Source: Eledone cirrhosa
Taxonomy: Eukaryota
DNA: 64,000 bases
Direction of reading: 5' to 3'
NCBI GenBank assembly: GCA_964016885.1
Contig: OZ024742.1
Location: 245,334,001 to 245,398,000, forward strand
Position numbers and translations under genes: made by a program. Of the stretch, positions 22,109 to 34,493 are shown one piece after another (the first letter of the stretch is position 1; every line of letters begins with the position of its first letter). Under the pieces are notes generated by a model. It saw only the letters and a program-made list of their open reading frames with translations. It did not search any database and was not told the DNA's origin.

Positions 22109-24354
22109 TCAACCTCTCAAAGACACCTCTAACCAACACACAAATCAACATTTTAAGTAAGGGCCTGAAATTTACACCTACACCACGTAAACCAAACTTC
22201 CCCGAAATGAAGGATGACATCATGGAATACTGCCGAAAGCTGCGACTAACGGAATTCTTCCACAACGACACCAACACTGAAGACGAATCACTGGTTAGAA
22301 ATAAAAGCAATTTCTGCCCACAAAAGGGAAGAAATAAAGCACTGGACACGTACTGCAAACACATCACCAACTTTCCCTATGAAAAAATTACAAATAAACA
22401 CACGAAATCAAACCTATCTACACACGAATGGGAAGAATTATTCACACTTAGAAACAACCCTGAGATAACCATCAAAGAAGCCGATAAAGGCAGTACTGTT
22501 GTCATTATGAATACGGACTACTATAGGACCATCGCACTTAACATTTTAGAAAACAACACATACTATGAAAAAACAGAAAACTACAAACACACCAAAACAA
22601 TGGGGAACCTTTTGACCTTACTGAATAAATACCGCAACAGCTTAACCACAAAAGAGTTTAACTATATAAGCCACTTCAAATGCAATACAAGCTCTTTTTA
22701 CGGCTTACCGAAACTTCACAAATGTAAACCCATAAACGATGCATGTGACACCTCAACCAACAATTACATTGAACTAACACCACCAGAAGACCTAAAACTC
22801 AGGCCAATTATAGCAGGCCCTACATGTGAAACCCACAGACTTAGCAACTTTCTGGACATCCTACTGAAACCCTTTCTACAACATATACAGAGCTACATAC
22901 GAGATGACCTTGACATGCTGAAACACCTCCCTAAAACAGTAAGTGCAAATACAATTCTTGTCTCCTTTGACATAATAAACCTCTACACAAACATACCCCA
23001 CAACTATGGAATAACAGCAGTCCAATACCGGCTTAACACACACCCATCAGAAATACCGACACGCATCAACACAGATTTTATCACTGACGGACTCCGCTTT
23101 ATCCTACAAAATAACTACTTCACATTCAATGGTCCAACATACAGACAAGTATCAGGTACGGCAATGGGCACGAAAGTAGCACCCACATATGCCAACCTAG
23201 TCATGGGATTCCATGAACAACAAATATATAGTCAGTCCCTTCTCTTATTTGGAGACTCTTTCCACACACACCTCAAAGCCAATTGGAAAAGATATCTAGA
23301 CGACTGCTTTATCCTATGGCAAGAAGACATGAACTCACTTACTACGTTTAAAAACATGATAAACAACATAGATAATAACATACAATTCACAATGGAATCC
23401 AATCCTAAGGAATTAGCCTTCTTGGATATTCTCATCTCTGTAATAGACGGGAAATTAGATACAGATATATTCTATAAACCCACAGATTCCAAGCAATACC
23501 TCTTTTTCACATCAAGTCACCCAAAACATACAAAACTTAACATTCCTTACAATTTGGCCAAACGTATATGTACCATAGTATCAGATCCACCTAAACGGGA
23601 GCAAAGACTAAAGGAACTAAAAGACACCCTTATCTTAAGAGCCTTTCCACTTGAAATAATCAACAATGGAATAGACAGGGCAAAACACCTAAATCCCCAT
23701 CAACTTAACAATCCAAAACAGAAAACCACACTCAACACCCTGCCATATGTATCCACTTTCAACCCCAGAAATACCGAAATGTTTGATCACCTACACAAAA
23801 ACCTCCCCATCCTACTTAAAGATGTAAAAATGAAGTCTATTCTTGAAACACACAAGATCCTTAAAAGTAAAAGACAACCCAAATCACTTAAACGCATTCT
23901 CACTGGACCAAATATACCCAAACCAATCCTCAACCCTACAGTTACCAAATGTGGTAGAACAAACTGTGGAACGTGCCTCTACCTCACTGAAGGACAAACA
24001 TTTACATTCAAAGATGGCCAAACATTTACAGTAAAAAACAATTTCACCTGCAACTCGGAGAACTTGATTTACGCAATAACTTGCGGTGGGTGCAAACACA
24101 ACTACATAGGACAGACGGGCACCTCATTACGCAAAAGAATGACCATCCACCGCCAACAAATCCGGGACGCTAACACAAGAAAAATCCCCTTGAGCAGCCA
24201 TATTGCGAACTGCGCAGGAATGACACTACCCAACTTTAAAATCTTCCTCTTCTACAAGTGCTCAGATTCGTTCACACAGCAACAAAGAATAAACAAAGAA
24301 AATCTATTCCTTAACAAATTTAAACCAAAACTAAACGGGTTATCACCCCAATAG
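22078..24354 (+). CDS. Penelope-like reverse transcriptase + GIY-YIG endonuclease
   Basis: LSKGLKFTPTP, EADKG, FYGLPKLHK, LRPII, SFDIINLYTNIP, GTAMGT, RYLDD, FLDI, YKPT; linker CGRTNCGTC; LIYAITC...YIGQT...R...H; no stops in 758 aa. Confidence 0.96.
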   Translation: MAPPQEKPKIINLSKTPLTNTQINILSKGLKFTPTPRKPNFPEMKDDIMEYCRKLRLTEFFHNDTNTEDESLVRNKSNFCPQKGRNKALDTYCKHITNFPYEKITNKHTKSNLSTHEWEELFTLRNNPEITIKEADKGSTVVIMNTDYYRTIALNILENNTYYEKTENYKHTKTMGNLLTLLNKYRNSLTTKEFNYISHFKCNTSSFYGLPKLHKCKPINDACDTSTNNYIELTPPEDLKLRPIIAGPTCETHRLSNFLDILLKPFLQHIQSYIRDDLDMLKHLPKTVSANTILVSFDIINLYTNIPHNYGITAVQYRLNTHPSEIPTRINTDFITDGLRFILQNNYFTFNGPTYRQVSGTAMGTKVAPTYANLVMGFHEQQIYSQSLLLFGDSFHTHLKANWKRYLDDCFILWQEDMNSLTTFKNMINNIDNNIQFTMESNPKELAFLDILISVIDGKLDTDIFYKPTDSKQYLFFTSSHPKHTKLNIPYNLAKRICTIVSDPPKREQRLKELKDTLILRAFPLEIINNGIDRAKHLNPHQLNNPKQKTTLNTLPYVSTFNPRNTEMFDHLHKNLPILLKDVKMKSILETHKILKSKRQPKSLKRILTGPNIPKPILNPTVTKCGRTNCGTCLYLTEGQTFTFKDGQTFTVKNNFTCNSENLIYAITCGGCKHNYIGQTGTSLRKRMTIHRQQIRDANTRKIPLSSHIANCAGMTLPNFKIFLFYKCSDSFTQQQRINKENLFLNKFKPKLNGLSPQ

Positions 24355-24635
24355 AATTGTCATAATATATAAACACACATACGCACGGAATCACTACTAT
24401 TAAAGACCAGAGACCAATTCTGTAGAATCAGGTTTATTCATTGACAGACCATGCCTTTGTGTGACCAACACATCCATGTTAAACCCTGCACGTGCACACA
24501 CATATATCTATATATATATGCGCACACAGAATTCACCACTGTCAGTTGCGGGGCCCAATCTACATGAAGAACTCAATGTGATCAGAATGACTTGTATTTT
24601 AATTTCACTGTCCCAACTTCTTATATTATGGAAAA

Positions 24636-24861
24636 AATATGTGTCTGTATGTATATATATATATATATATTTGGAGGCCATTTCTCTGTGTGTGGGTGTA
24701 TGTATGTGTATATGTGTGTGTGTGTATGTGTGTGCATGTGGATGTATGTATTGTGTGTGCGTGTGTGTGTGTGTGTGTATGTATGTGTGTATCTGGATGT
24801 ATGCGTATGTGTATATATATATATATGTGTGTGTGTGTATATATATGTGTGTGTATGTGTG

Positions 24862-24900
<39 letters not shown>

Positions 24901-24931
24901 GTGTATCTGGATGTATGTGTATGTATATATA

Positions 24932-24999
<68 letters not shown>

Positions 25000-25147
25000 T
25001 GTGTGTATGTGTATATATGTGTGTGTGTGTGTATGTGTGTATGTATATGTATGTGTGTGTGTATGTATGTGTGTATATATATATATATATATATGTATAT
25101 GTATATGTATGTATGTGTGGATGAAGGTATGTGTGTGTATATATAGG
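24636..25147. repeat. compound (TG)n/(TA)n/(TATG)n microsatellite inside the PLE 3' region
   Basis: Directly visible; includes a duplicated ~120-bp block with GTATCTGGATGTATG. Confidence 0.9.
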
Positions 25148-25393
25148 TGTAAGTGCACTAAATCCCTTTCTATCACGCTCCACTCTCCTACCCACCACAG
25201 GAAGATATGTGTATGTATATTGCTTCCACCCCCTCACTGACCAGCAGCTGGCCAGTTGGTGATTGCTAAATCTGACCTTTATAAAATAACCCACACCCCA
25301 AATAACTTCTCATTCACTACCAGAAAGGGACACAGCAGTCAACCTGTTGTTGCTACCTAGATGAAAACTGCTATGAAATCCCACAATGAACTT

Positions 25394-25606
25394 TATACTT
25401 GAATTTTCAAGTCTCAAATTTTAACTCTTCGTATTATTAATTTTTCTTAATATTAATCAACATTTGAAAAGATGGCTTTTGCAGACCCATCGAAACCGGT
25501 CATTTTTTATACCCTTTATTATTTCCTTACCTTATAAAATTATGTTTTTTCACAAAAAAGTATTCTGTCTCTTATATATTCCATGTGCCATTACCAACCT
25601 CATTTT

Positions 25607-25611
<5 letters not shown>
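25394..25611 (+). repeat. 3' pseudo-LTR
   Basis: Direct repeat of 20561-20778. Confidence 0.95.
25459..25506 (+). ncRNA. second copy of the U3-A8 hammerhead motif
   Basis: Identical to 20626-20673; predicted cleavage after 25501. Confidence 0.65.
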
Positions 25612-25643
<32 letters not shown>

Positions 25644-25757
25644 CAAAAGCATGTATTGAGTTAGAAACTCAAAATAGTCTCATTACAGTAAAATTAGCTC
25701 TTACGATTTGAACGCATACATGTATATGTCTGTGTTTGTTTTTCTTTTTTTCAGTTA

Positions 25758-25809
<52 letters not shown>

Positions 25810-26611
25810 TCTACTTTACTTAAGTATGGAGTACTAAGTTGAATAATGGTCTTGTTGGTCTTTATTAGTAACATCTTATATATTATCATCATCATAACCA
25901 TAATCATCATCACTGCCACCACCACCACCAACATTGTTTTACATCTATTTTCCATGCTTACATTGGTGTGTATATATGTGTTCAAATATATAAATTCCAT
26001 TTTAGATATTGAAACTCAAGTCAGATGTTGTGAACAAGAGCTAAGTGATAAGCCAATGAATACTAAAGGAAAACATCACGATATTTGTGTAGAGGAGGTT
26101 GCTCCCAAACAGATAAAGTGACTATTTATGTCTATTTGGCCATTGACTTAACTTCTTTAAAATAATACGACCATTCATATGACCCTCCACAATCTGATAC
26201 TGTCTCTTTCTCTCTCTCTTTCTTCCCTAGAGCGATGTCTCTCTCAGCAAGCGGGATGTAGTTGTTGCTACTCCTATAGTGCCACTCCTGCATTGCTTGC
26301 ATCTCTCCATTCCCAGCACCGTTCCACCTCTATTCTGTCAAGGACACAACAATTACAAATGTGTTAATGCTACACTGGAATGCACCCAGTACACTCAGGA
26401 AGTGGTAGTGCCAGTGTCACAATAAAATTCACTTAATCTACTCTGTAAAGTGGTAGTGCTGATGCCATGATAAAATGTACCTAATCCATTCTGGGAAATG
26501 GTAGTGCTGATGATGAAAGCATTGCCTCAGATATCTGTTGTATGAGCCATTACACCTCATGGGGAGTCCTTCCTCAAGTGTGATGCCCTCCTTCCAATTT
26601 GGCAGAGGAAA

Positions 26612-26776
26612 ATGGCAGTCCAGGGTCTGAGAGCAATGGAAATTTTGATGGCACCAGGCAGTCAGAGGACCAAAAACACTGGAAGTTTTGACGGCAACTA
26701 GCAATCTGAGGACTGAAAACAATGGATGTTTTGATGGCAGCAAGCAGTCTGAGGACTGAGAACAATGGTATTTTGT
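26612..26776. repeat. degenerate ~39-bp minisatellite, about 4 copies
   Basis: Unit like GCAGTCTGAGGACTGAAAACAATGGATGTTTTGATGGCA. Confidence 0.7.
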
Positions 26777-26809
26777 TATCTTTCGCTCAACTGTGCTATC
26801 TAAAGTCTA

Positions 26810-27075
26810 TCCCAAGCCTGGAGGCTCATCAGGCCAGTGATCCTGGTTCCCATGGTGTTAAGCAATTGATACAAGACTTCCCCCTGGACCAAACACGAGT
26901 CCATTGCGGGGTTAAACACCAGCTACTGCTGGTACTCATTTTCAGCTGAGTATACTGGATGAATGTGAAATAAAGTGTTTTGCTCAAGAACACAACGTAG
27001 CAGCCTGTCCAGGAATCGAACCCATGACATTATGATCATAGGTACAACCCACATACCACTTGGTCATGTGCCTCC
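26810..27075 (-). mobile_element. SINE family B
   Basis: GTGAAATAAAGTGTTTTGCTCAAGAACACAAC...GGAATCGAACC (reverse B box); homologous to 61535-61768. Confidence 0.75.
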
Positions 27076-27255
27076 ATCTATTGTGCTATGGATAGCAGTA
27101 ATTTAAAGGAAAATGAAACCTGCTTTAGATGAGCAATGAAAACATGCCTCTGACACTCAACACTCTGGTAGTCAGTCTCAACCAATTCTAAGAACTAGTC
27201 TGCCTCTGCTCACATGAAATAAATTCCTTCAAATGTTTGAAGGCTCCTTAAGAGT

Positions 27256-27629
27256 AGCAGTTAGAGTTAAGAATGATGTGTACAAAGTTCAGAGGGCTGT
27301 TACTTCTGCTGGCAACAAAAGTATTCTCTATCTAAATAAAGGGTAGATTGTATGATATTTGTGTATATTCTAGGGAAAGTGACAATAAAAACGCCTGTTA
27401 CTGCATGTAGTAAATAAAATAGACAAGAAACTGTGGTTCAAAGCAGCTAGAGTTAAGAATGATGTGTACAAAGTTCAGAGGGCTGTTACCTCTGCTGGCA
27501 ACAAAAATATTCTCTATCTAAATAAAGGGTAGATTGTATGATATTTGTGTATATTCTGGGGAAAGTGACAATAAAAACGCCTGTTACTGCATGTAGTAAA
27601 TAAAATAGACAAGAAACTGTGGTTCAAAG
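27256..27629 (+). repeat. 186-bp tandem duplication containing a decayed RTE fragment
   Basis: Two nearly identical units; translates to FRGLL.LLATK.FSI*IKGRLYDIC, like RTE FRELLPLLAAKGFSLKMKGRLYDAC. Confidence 0.85.
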
Positions 27630-28446
27630 GCAATTGCAGAATGAAAATGTAGATCCTTAAAAAGATTATCATATAAAAAATAAAGAGGAATTTAGAATTC
27701 CTCTTTTAGTGTCCCTCTTCTCCCATCAAAATATTTTGGTTATGAAAAAAGATTAATGAGAGCCGGAAATAGAGCCCACCTGGAAACCAAATGTTTTTTT
27801 GTTTTATTTTGCTTTTTTATTTATTTATTTATTCATTCATTTATTTTGTTCTATTACCTGGAACCAACTTCAGTTAATCTATCTTCTTCAGACTGCCATT
27901 GAAGAGAAGTTGGCCATCTCTCAAGTGCCTTTTTACTATATTATTATTTCAGACCTGGGGGTATATTTCCTGCTGAACAGCCGCAAAAGAATAACTAAGC
28001 CTTTTCCATAAGCAAGAATAATATTCAATAGGGTCTTACAGAGACCATTAAATGAGAAAGAGAAAAGGGAGAGAGGGGAGAGAATGTGAGAGAGTGAAAA
28101 AGGAGGGAATAACTATTTAGTAATCTAAATATTAAATAATGAAGCCAGGTCAAAAAGAAAGCAATATATAATGTTCTACAGACAAGCACTCTAACTACTT
28201 AACTCTTCATATCCTGTACCACATGAGACCACATTAGCAAGACATTCTCAAAATACTACAAACATTTGAATTAACAAGCTTGTTTTTAGAGATTTTCTGC
28301 TGAATCATTACAGGATATTAAGAGGTAATTAAACAACAGTTTTCTTGTACTCATTAAGACTATTACATTATATTTTGAACAGTTTAGTAATATGATGCTA
28401 GAACCAGAGGCAGTTTCAAGCAGTTTGGTATCAAAAAGAGTTAATC

Positions 28447-28793
28447 TTAACCCTTTATATACCAAACTGCCTGAAACTGCTCCTGGTGTTTAAATACAAA
28501 AATGTTCCTTTAACATATTCAACATAATATCATGTAAGAACTTTTTGTTAAGTTTTGCTCCAAACATCAGCTTAATAATGAAAACGTTAGTTATTCTTCC
28601 AAATTCTTGATTAATTTCAAAATTAATTGAAACAGAGGCTGCATATTTCACTAAAAATATGGTAATGAAATGGTTAAGATAACCTTCAGTAGACAAGTCA
28701 AACATCAGCTTAATAATAAAAAAGTTAGTTATTTTATCAAATTCTTGATTAATTTTAAAATTAATTGAAACCTAGAGGCAATGAAAGGGTTAA
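28447..28793 (+). mobile_element. piggyBac-type MITE, family 2 (with internal partial duplication)
   Basis: TTAACCCTTT...GAAAGGGTTAA; AAACATCAGCTTAATAAT block present twice. Confidence 0.65.
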
Positions 28794-29653
28794 TTTACAT
28801 GAGTTAGACAAGTCTGTTCAAAGGCATATGTCAACATAGTAACTCTAGAGATGTGTGGCTGGTATAATAACTTCAGTATGTGCTCACTTGAACAACTGTT
28901 TCAGATAAGATTCCCTACTTAATCATCATAATATATGGAGTATGTGTGAAGATGTGCACACACACTCACACACATACATGCATGCATGCATACATACATA
29001 CATGCATGCATGCATACATGCATACATACATACATACATACACATACACACACATATGCCTACAAATTTATATGTACGTGTACTTCGCAAATAAATATTA
29101 AGACAAAATTCATTCATACATATATACTGTACACACACTCACATTTATATGTATATATGTATGCATTACACATACATATATTCATATACACACACATATA
29201 TATATGTATGCATGGCTCATAAATAGATTTTAAAAAGAGAACATACAAGCCAATAAGGGCATATATACATACACTGCTCAACCTGCTAGAAATAGTAACC
29301 AAATTGCCTTCAAAGCATACACTGTCATCCTAAAAAAAACAATGTGGTCATAGATACCACTATTTGACAGGATGGTCACGGCTGGAATTACTTTCATAAG
29401 TTTTCTCAATCAAGGTTGACCTGGGGCTAAACAACAACAATACAACTACATACTCATACAGATTACAACCAATGTAGAGAATATTCACACACATATACAT
29501 ACACTCACGTTTATATGTATGCACACACTTCTCATTAAATAGATTTTTAAGAGAACAAACACACGTACATGCACAGACACATACATACAACAATAAATAC
29601 ACATATACACCCACAGACATATTAATCACAAACTATAAGGCATAGGAAGCAAT

Positions 29654-29843
29654 ATAATTGTTTCTATTTTTGGCACAAGGCCAGCAATTACCCAGTACAT
29701 TACTGGTACTTTATTTTATCGACCCCGTAAGGATGAAAAACAAAGTTAACCCTGGCGGGATTTGAACTCAGATCATAAAGAGCCGTAACTCTATACTGCA
29801 AAGCATGGTGTCCGACTCACTACTGATACTGCCAATCTACCAT
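29654..29843 (-). mobile_element. SINE family A
   Basis: Reverse complement of 13059-13251. Confidence 0.85.
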
Positions 29844-29901
29844 GATAGGCATGGAAAATAAAAGGTTGTAGTTACAATGTCAAAGGAAAGAATGGCTGGA
29901 A

Positions 29902-30012
29902 AGAAGAAGAAGAAAAAGAAGAAAAAGAAGAAAAAGAAGAAAAAGAAGAAGAAGAAGAAGAAGAAGAAGAAGAAGAAGGGGGAGAAGGAGGAGGGGGTGG
30001 AGAAGAAGAAAG
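29902..30012. repeat. (GAA)n polypurine tract
   Basis: Directly visible. Confidence 0.9.
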
Positions 30013-30179
30013 TCATGTATGCCAGAATAGAAGTTGGAATAAGAAGGTAAGTTAAATTAATTAATCCTTATAATTTATTTTATTTACTATTGACCAGACC
30101 CCATGGAAATTTCATGGTTTAATTAGAAATAATACCATAAGTATTAAAGACCAATATGACATTGTTAATGTTTTATTTG

Positions 30180-30253
<74 letters not shown>

Positions 30254-30744
30254 AGAGAGAGAGAGAAATAATATAATCATCTGAGATTTTTAAAAACATT
30301 TTCAGCATCTCCACTTCTCTCTCTCCTTCTTTCACACATAGCCAGACACACACACCATCCACTTTCCATGAAGACTTGTTACAGCATGAGATTAAAAATA
30401 AAAACAATTTGACGTTGCTGCTACTACCATTGCAGTTCTCTCTTTCCCTCCCTCTTTCTTTTTTCTTTCCTTACTCACTCTCACCATTCCCTTTCTAGCA
30501 TGACTGACGTTTTACACAAACTATACAACAGCTTTTTTATAAGAGATGTTAGTGTGCGCTCTCAAATTCATTTCAAATACACTACCTTATTATTGTGAAT
30601 CCTAACAGACTACCCTCCAAGCTACACACCTTCACATTTATAGGAGAATAAACAGTTTACAGCCAATAATAACCACAGTCCAAGGAAACTACATGTAATT
30701 TTTGGCTAAAATATTTAGGAATTCTAGTTCTCCCCATCACATAT

Positions 30745-31003
30745 AAGAAGGAATCAATTGACAATATCTCAGACCACATTTGCTTATCGAGTGGAGTGGA
30801 ACTCATGCAATTGGAGTAAGGAAACAATACTTCCATTGGTCTTTCTATTGTTGATACTATCTACCAGTTGCAACGCCTGGCAGAAAGAGCAATGTGAAAT
30901 AAAGTGTCTTGCTCAAGGACATAATGCATTGCCCAGTCTGGGAATCGAACTCGCAACCTCATGACTACAAATCCAACTCTCTAACCACTAAGCCATGCAC
31001 CTT
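30745..31003 (-). mobile_element. SINE family B variant
   Basis: GGGAATCGAACTCGCAACCTCATGA...TCTAACCACTAAGCCATGCACC; homologous to 37205-37457. Confidence 0.75.
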
Positions 31004-32270
31004 GGAGTCCTGGAGTATCTAACAGTATTGTTTTTTTAACAAATTAAAACAGAATTATCTGCAACATAAAACCATTCTTTCATTTTCTTCAACTGTTTTG
31101 ATACTAAACTGCCTGAAACCAACCATGGTTCTATGGTACTAATCTGTGTGTTTTAGAGTGTTTCTTTAATATATTTATTTTAAATTCTCACCATTATTCT
31201 ATGTAAAAAAAGTGTTTCAAACACCAGATAAATAATGTGAAAGTTAATTATATTATTAAATCCCTCCATTTTCTTGATTATTTTCAAAATGATTTGAAAA
31301 TAATAAGCAGTTATAGGTGTCTTTCATTAGAAATATAGTAACGATGGAATTAAATCTTAACATTCTTTAATGATTTAGCAAAAAATACTAATTAATTCAA
31401 ATATTTATAGTATCTTTACTAGTGAACAGATCATTATAAAAATACACAGAATTAGAACAAATGCTTGCTGTGTTTTTATGCAGTAGAGGATGTTAAAAGT
31501 TTACATTGTCAACACATTCCATTTCATTATTCTTTACACCTGTTCATTGGAAATTTGTGAAATTAAATATGTCCTGTTTTTTCTTGTTATATTCTATTCA
31601 TTATTTTTTTTTTTTTTTTTTTTTGTAACCGGATACATCTTTTTCAATGCAGACATTTTTTCGAAGGCTTATCCAAATTCATCCTTCCTGTAATTAACAA
31701 TTGGTGTCATGTATCCAAAATATAATCACCCTTTTTACCAACAGCAATTTCCGTGCCTTTTAGTACACAACACAACAACGTACATAGACGAATGTGTGTG
31801 TCTCTGTTTGTGTGTATGTGTGTGTAATTATGGCTATCTGTGTATCCTTGTAAAGGCACATGTCTTAGTGGTTAGGGTCACTACAAGGGCATGAGTTCAA
31901 TTTCCTAGCATACATTGTATCAATGAGTGTGACAATTTATTTTATGTTGCTCCAGTCCACTCAATGGAACCAATAATTCAAAAAGCCAGCCTTGTCACTG
32001 TTTCACCTAAAATCTCAATAAGTCTGTGGAATGCTTAGTCACATTAATTTAGGGAGCAGACTGTTCTGTTGTTCAAACAACTGGCACATTTTTTGTCAGA
32101 ATTGATGGAGGTAACAACATACACAAGCACACAACCAAATCTGTTTGTGTGTTTACTTATGGCTACATGCCTATCTTTATTCCTTAACCTTTTTCATGAC
32201 TATGTTTCTTATGACATACACCATACTTTAATTAATTAACTCTTAATGACCTGTGCCATACAAAACTACA

Positions 32271-32485
32271 TTAACCCCCAAGCATTTAAACTAGCCATAT
32301 CCGGCCAGAATTCTCTTACCTCTTTCTGTTCAAACCGGCCATAGCTGGCCACTTATACTGATGTTAAAGTATTGTTCTCAAAATAAATAATATCAAAATC
32401 TCATAGATTCAATATTATGTGAGATAAAGCCTTTCTGCAAAAATACAATAGTATATATAGAGTAATGTAAATGCTAAAGGGTTAA
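32271..32485 (+). mobile_element. piggyBac-type MITE, family 1 (nested in a family-3 copy)
   Basis: Same body and right TIR as 594-825; family-3 sequence continues on both sides. Confidence 0.75.
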
Positions 32486-33214
32486 AGACATTCTTGAAAA
32501 ATACAAACATCACTATAACTGCATCACATTTAAATTTAGTTTTTGATACTGCAAATTTTCAATTCCACTGCTCTCCAGCTATTTCATTATGCTTTTTGGG
32601 TGAAAGTCCTATTTCCTTCTTTTCCAGTGTTACCTATTGCACATATACTCTTGTCTTTTCACAAGTCGCATGAAGATAGTCAAACAAGTAGGGAATATAA
32701 GCTCCCAGAGATGGAAAAAAGTGGGACTTGAACATAATGTTTTTACTGTAAAACTATACAATATATAGAATTGGTTTATTTCCTAGTAGGATTGTAAGAT
32801 ATGGTTCATTTGATTTTATACAAAAAGAATGTTAATTGCAATTAAATTTTAACATATTGTAATGATTTAGCAGAAAATGTCTAAAAACAGATTTGTTAAT
32901 TCAAATATTTGTAATAACTTTACCAGTGAACAGATTGTTGTGAAAAGTTGCAGTATCAGAGTAAAGACTTTTCATGTGATGCCATCTTAGTCATATTTTG
33001 TACCTTTTTAAGAACGTCATACTAATGTGGTCTCATTTGGTACAGGATGTTAAGAGTTAAACGGCAATTTCAAATACAACATTTTATGATAGAAAAAATA
33101 TTCTTAGAGGAAGAAAGAGGTCAAAAGAATCTGAAAGCAAAAGCATGGTAAATGAAAAATACATTACTCAGAGATGTTGTTTGCATAAATAGAACAATAG
33201 TAAAGTTTGCATAT

Positions 33215-33443
33215 TTAACCCGTTAACATTTACATTACTCTATATATACTATTATATTTTCATGGTAAAGGCTTTACCTCACATAATTATCTCACATAAT
33301 ATTGAATCTATGAGATTTTGATATTATTTAGGTTAAGAAAAATACCTTAACATCACTATGAATGGCCAATTACAGTCGGTTTGAACAGAAAGAGGTGAGA
33401 GAATTCTGGCCAGATATGGCCAGTTTAAATGCTAAAGGGTTAA
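33215..33443 (-). mobile_element. piggyBac-type MITE, family 1
   Basis: Reverse complement of 594-825; shares its TTAA (33440-33443) with the adjacent family-2 MITE. Confidence 0.8.
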
Positions 33444-33697
33444 CCCTTTTGTGACCATATTTCTGAAGAAAAACACTGCCTATTATTTTCAAATAATTTT
33501 GAAAATAATCAAGCATTTGGAGGGATTTAATATATTTAACTTTCTCATTATTTATCTGCTGTTTGGAATACAGCTTAACAGAGGTTCTTACATAAATTAA
33601 GATGGGTGGTTTTTACATAAATATAAACACTTTAAAATATACTGTTTTGTATCACAGAATTAGGGGCAGTTTCAGGCAGTTCGATAACAAAGTGATA
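33440..33697 (-). mobile_element. piggyBac-type MITE, family 2
   Basis: TTAACCCTTTTGTGACCATATTTCT...GGGGCAGTTTCAGGCAGTTCGATAACAAA. Confidence 0.6.
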
Positions 33698-33956
33698 AAT
33701 GCAAGGAGCATTAAAAATTTTAATCGAAATGATTATGTGGTGAGGAAAAAACAATAATAGTGAATGGTTATATGTATGAATTTCTAGGAAGTTAATAAAT
33801 ATTAAATATTATAATAATATTGCTGAAACAAAAATAAATATTGATATCATAAAACAAAATTTGTTTTCACTCTAACATAGCGAATACGTAATTTAATATA
33901 TTTAACTTTTGTGTATTTAGCATTTGTGTATAAAATATAATAATAACATTATGATG

Positions 33957-34282
33957 ATATTATTAATATTTGATTCGTTTGCAAGCAAACATGAATTGTG
34001 AGGCTGTTTTTTAATTTTCAACAAAGCCAGCCGTAAAATCGTTCAGTATTCAAATTAGGCTAATCAGCCGATGTATACTTTAGAGAATACTATATATTCT
34101 CAAAATTTCTAGTGTATAGCAGAAAAGGGAGAAATACACAATCTTGATAAGGGGCAATAACCCTGAAACAATTGTAGATTGTTTTTCTCAATGCTACCGC
34201 TGGAACAAAAGGATGAATTAGTCATCTAGAACACAGTGTAATTAGGCTGTTTGTTTGCAAATGAATCAAATATTAATAATAT
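33957..34282. mobile_element. unclassified inverted-repeat (MITE-like) element
   Basis: ~35-bp inverted ends ATATTATTAATATTTGATTC(G/A)TTTGCAA(G/A)CAAACA. Confidence 0.6.
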
Positions 34283-34309
34283 TATTATATTATTATTATT
34301 CACTCAAAA

Positions 34310-34493
34310 ATAATTGTTTCTACTCTAGGCACAAGGCCAGTAATTACCCCAGTGTATTACTGGTACTTTATTTTATTGACCCCGTAAGGATGAAAGGCAA
34401 AGTTAACCACGGCGGGATTTGAACTCAGAACGTAAAGGGATGTAACTCTATACTCCAAAGCATGTTGTCTGACACTCTACCGATACTGCCAAT
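34310..34493 (-). mobile_element. SINE family A
   Basis: Reverse complement of 13059-13251. Confidence 0.85.

Larger units (their letters stand above)
20561..25611 (+). mobile_element. Penelope-like retroelement (C-terminal GIY-YIG, Zn-finger linker; Neptune/Naiad-type), apparently intact
   Basis: Direct pseudo-LTRs at both ends, two uninterrupted ORFs, RT + GIY-YIG, inserted in (TA)n/(CT)n. Confidence 0.93.

Noticed and set aside
24355-24640. SECIS/selenoprotein coding, as reported for some PLE clades
   Set aside because: Neither ORF has an in-frame TGA and ORF2 ends in TAG; no convincing SECIS seen.
24461-25294. Long ORFs (up to 259 aa) in several frames, and similar [12 protein letters not shown] ORFs at 10-238, 1516-1994, 2537-3173, 28926-29302, 47965-48750
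   Set aside because: Translations of dinucleotide microsatellites, which lack stop codons by construction.
25720-25760. Polypyrimidine tract plus CAG as a host splice acceptor
   Set aside because: Followed immediately by (TA)n with no exon-like sequence or donor; no host gene supported anywhere in the window.
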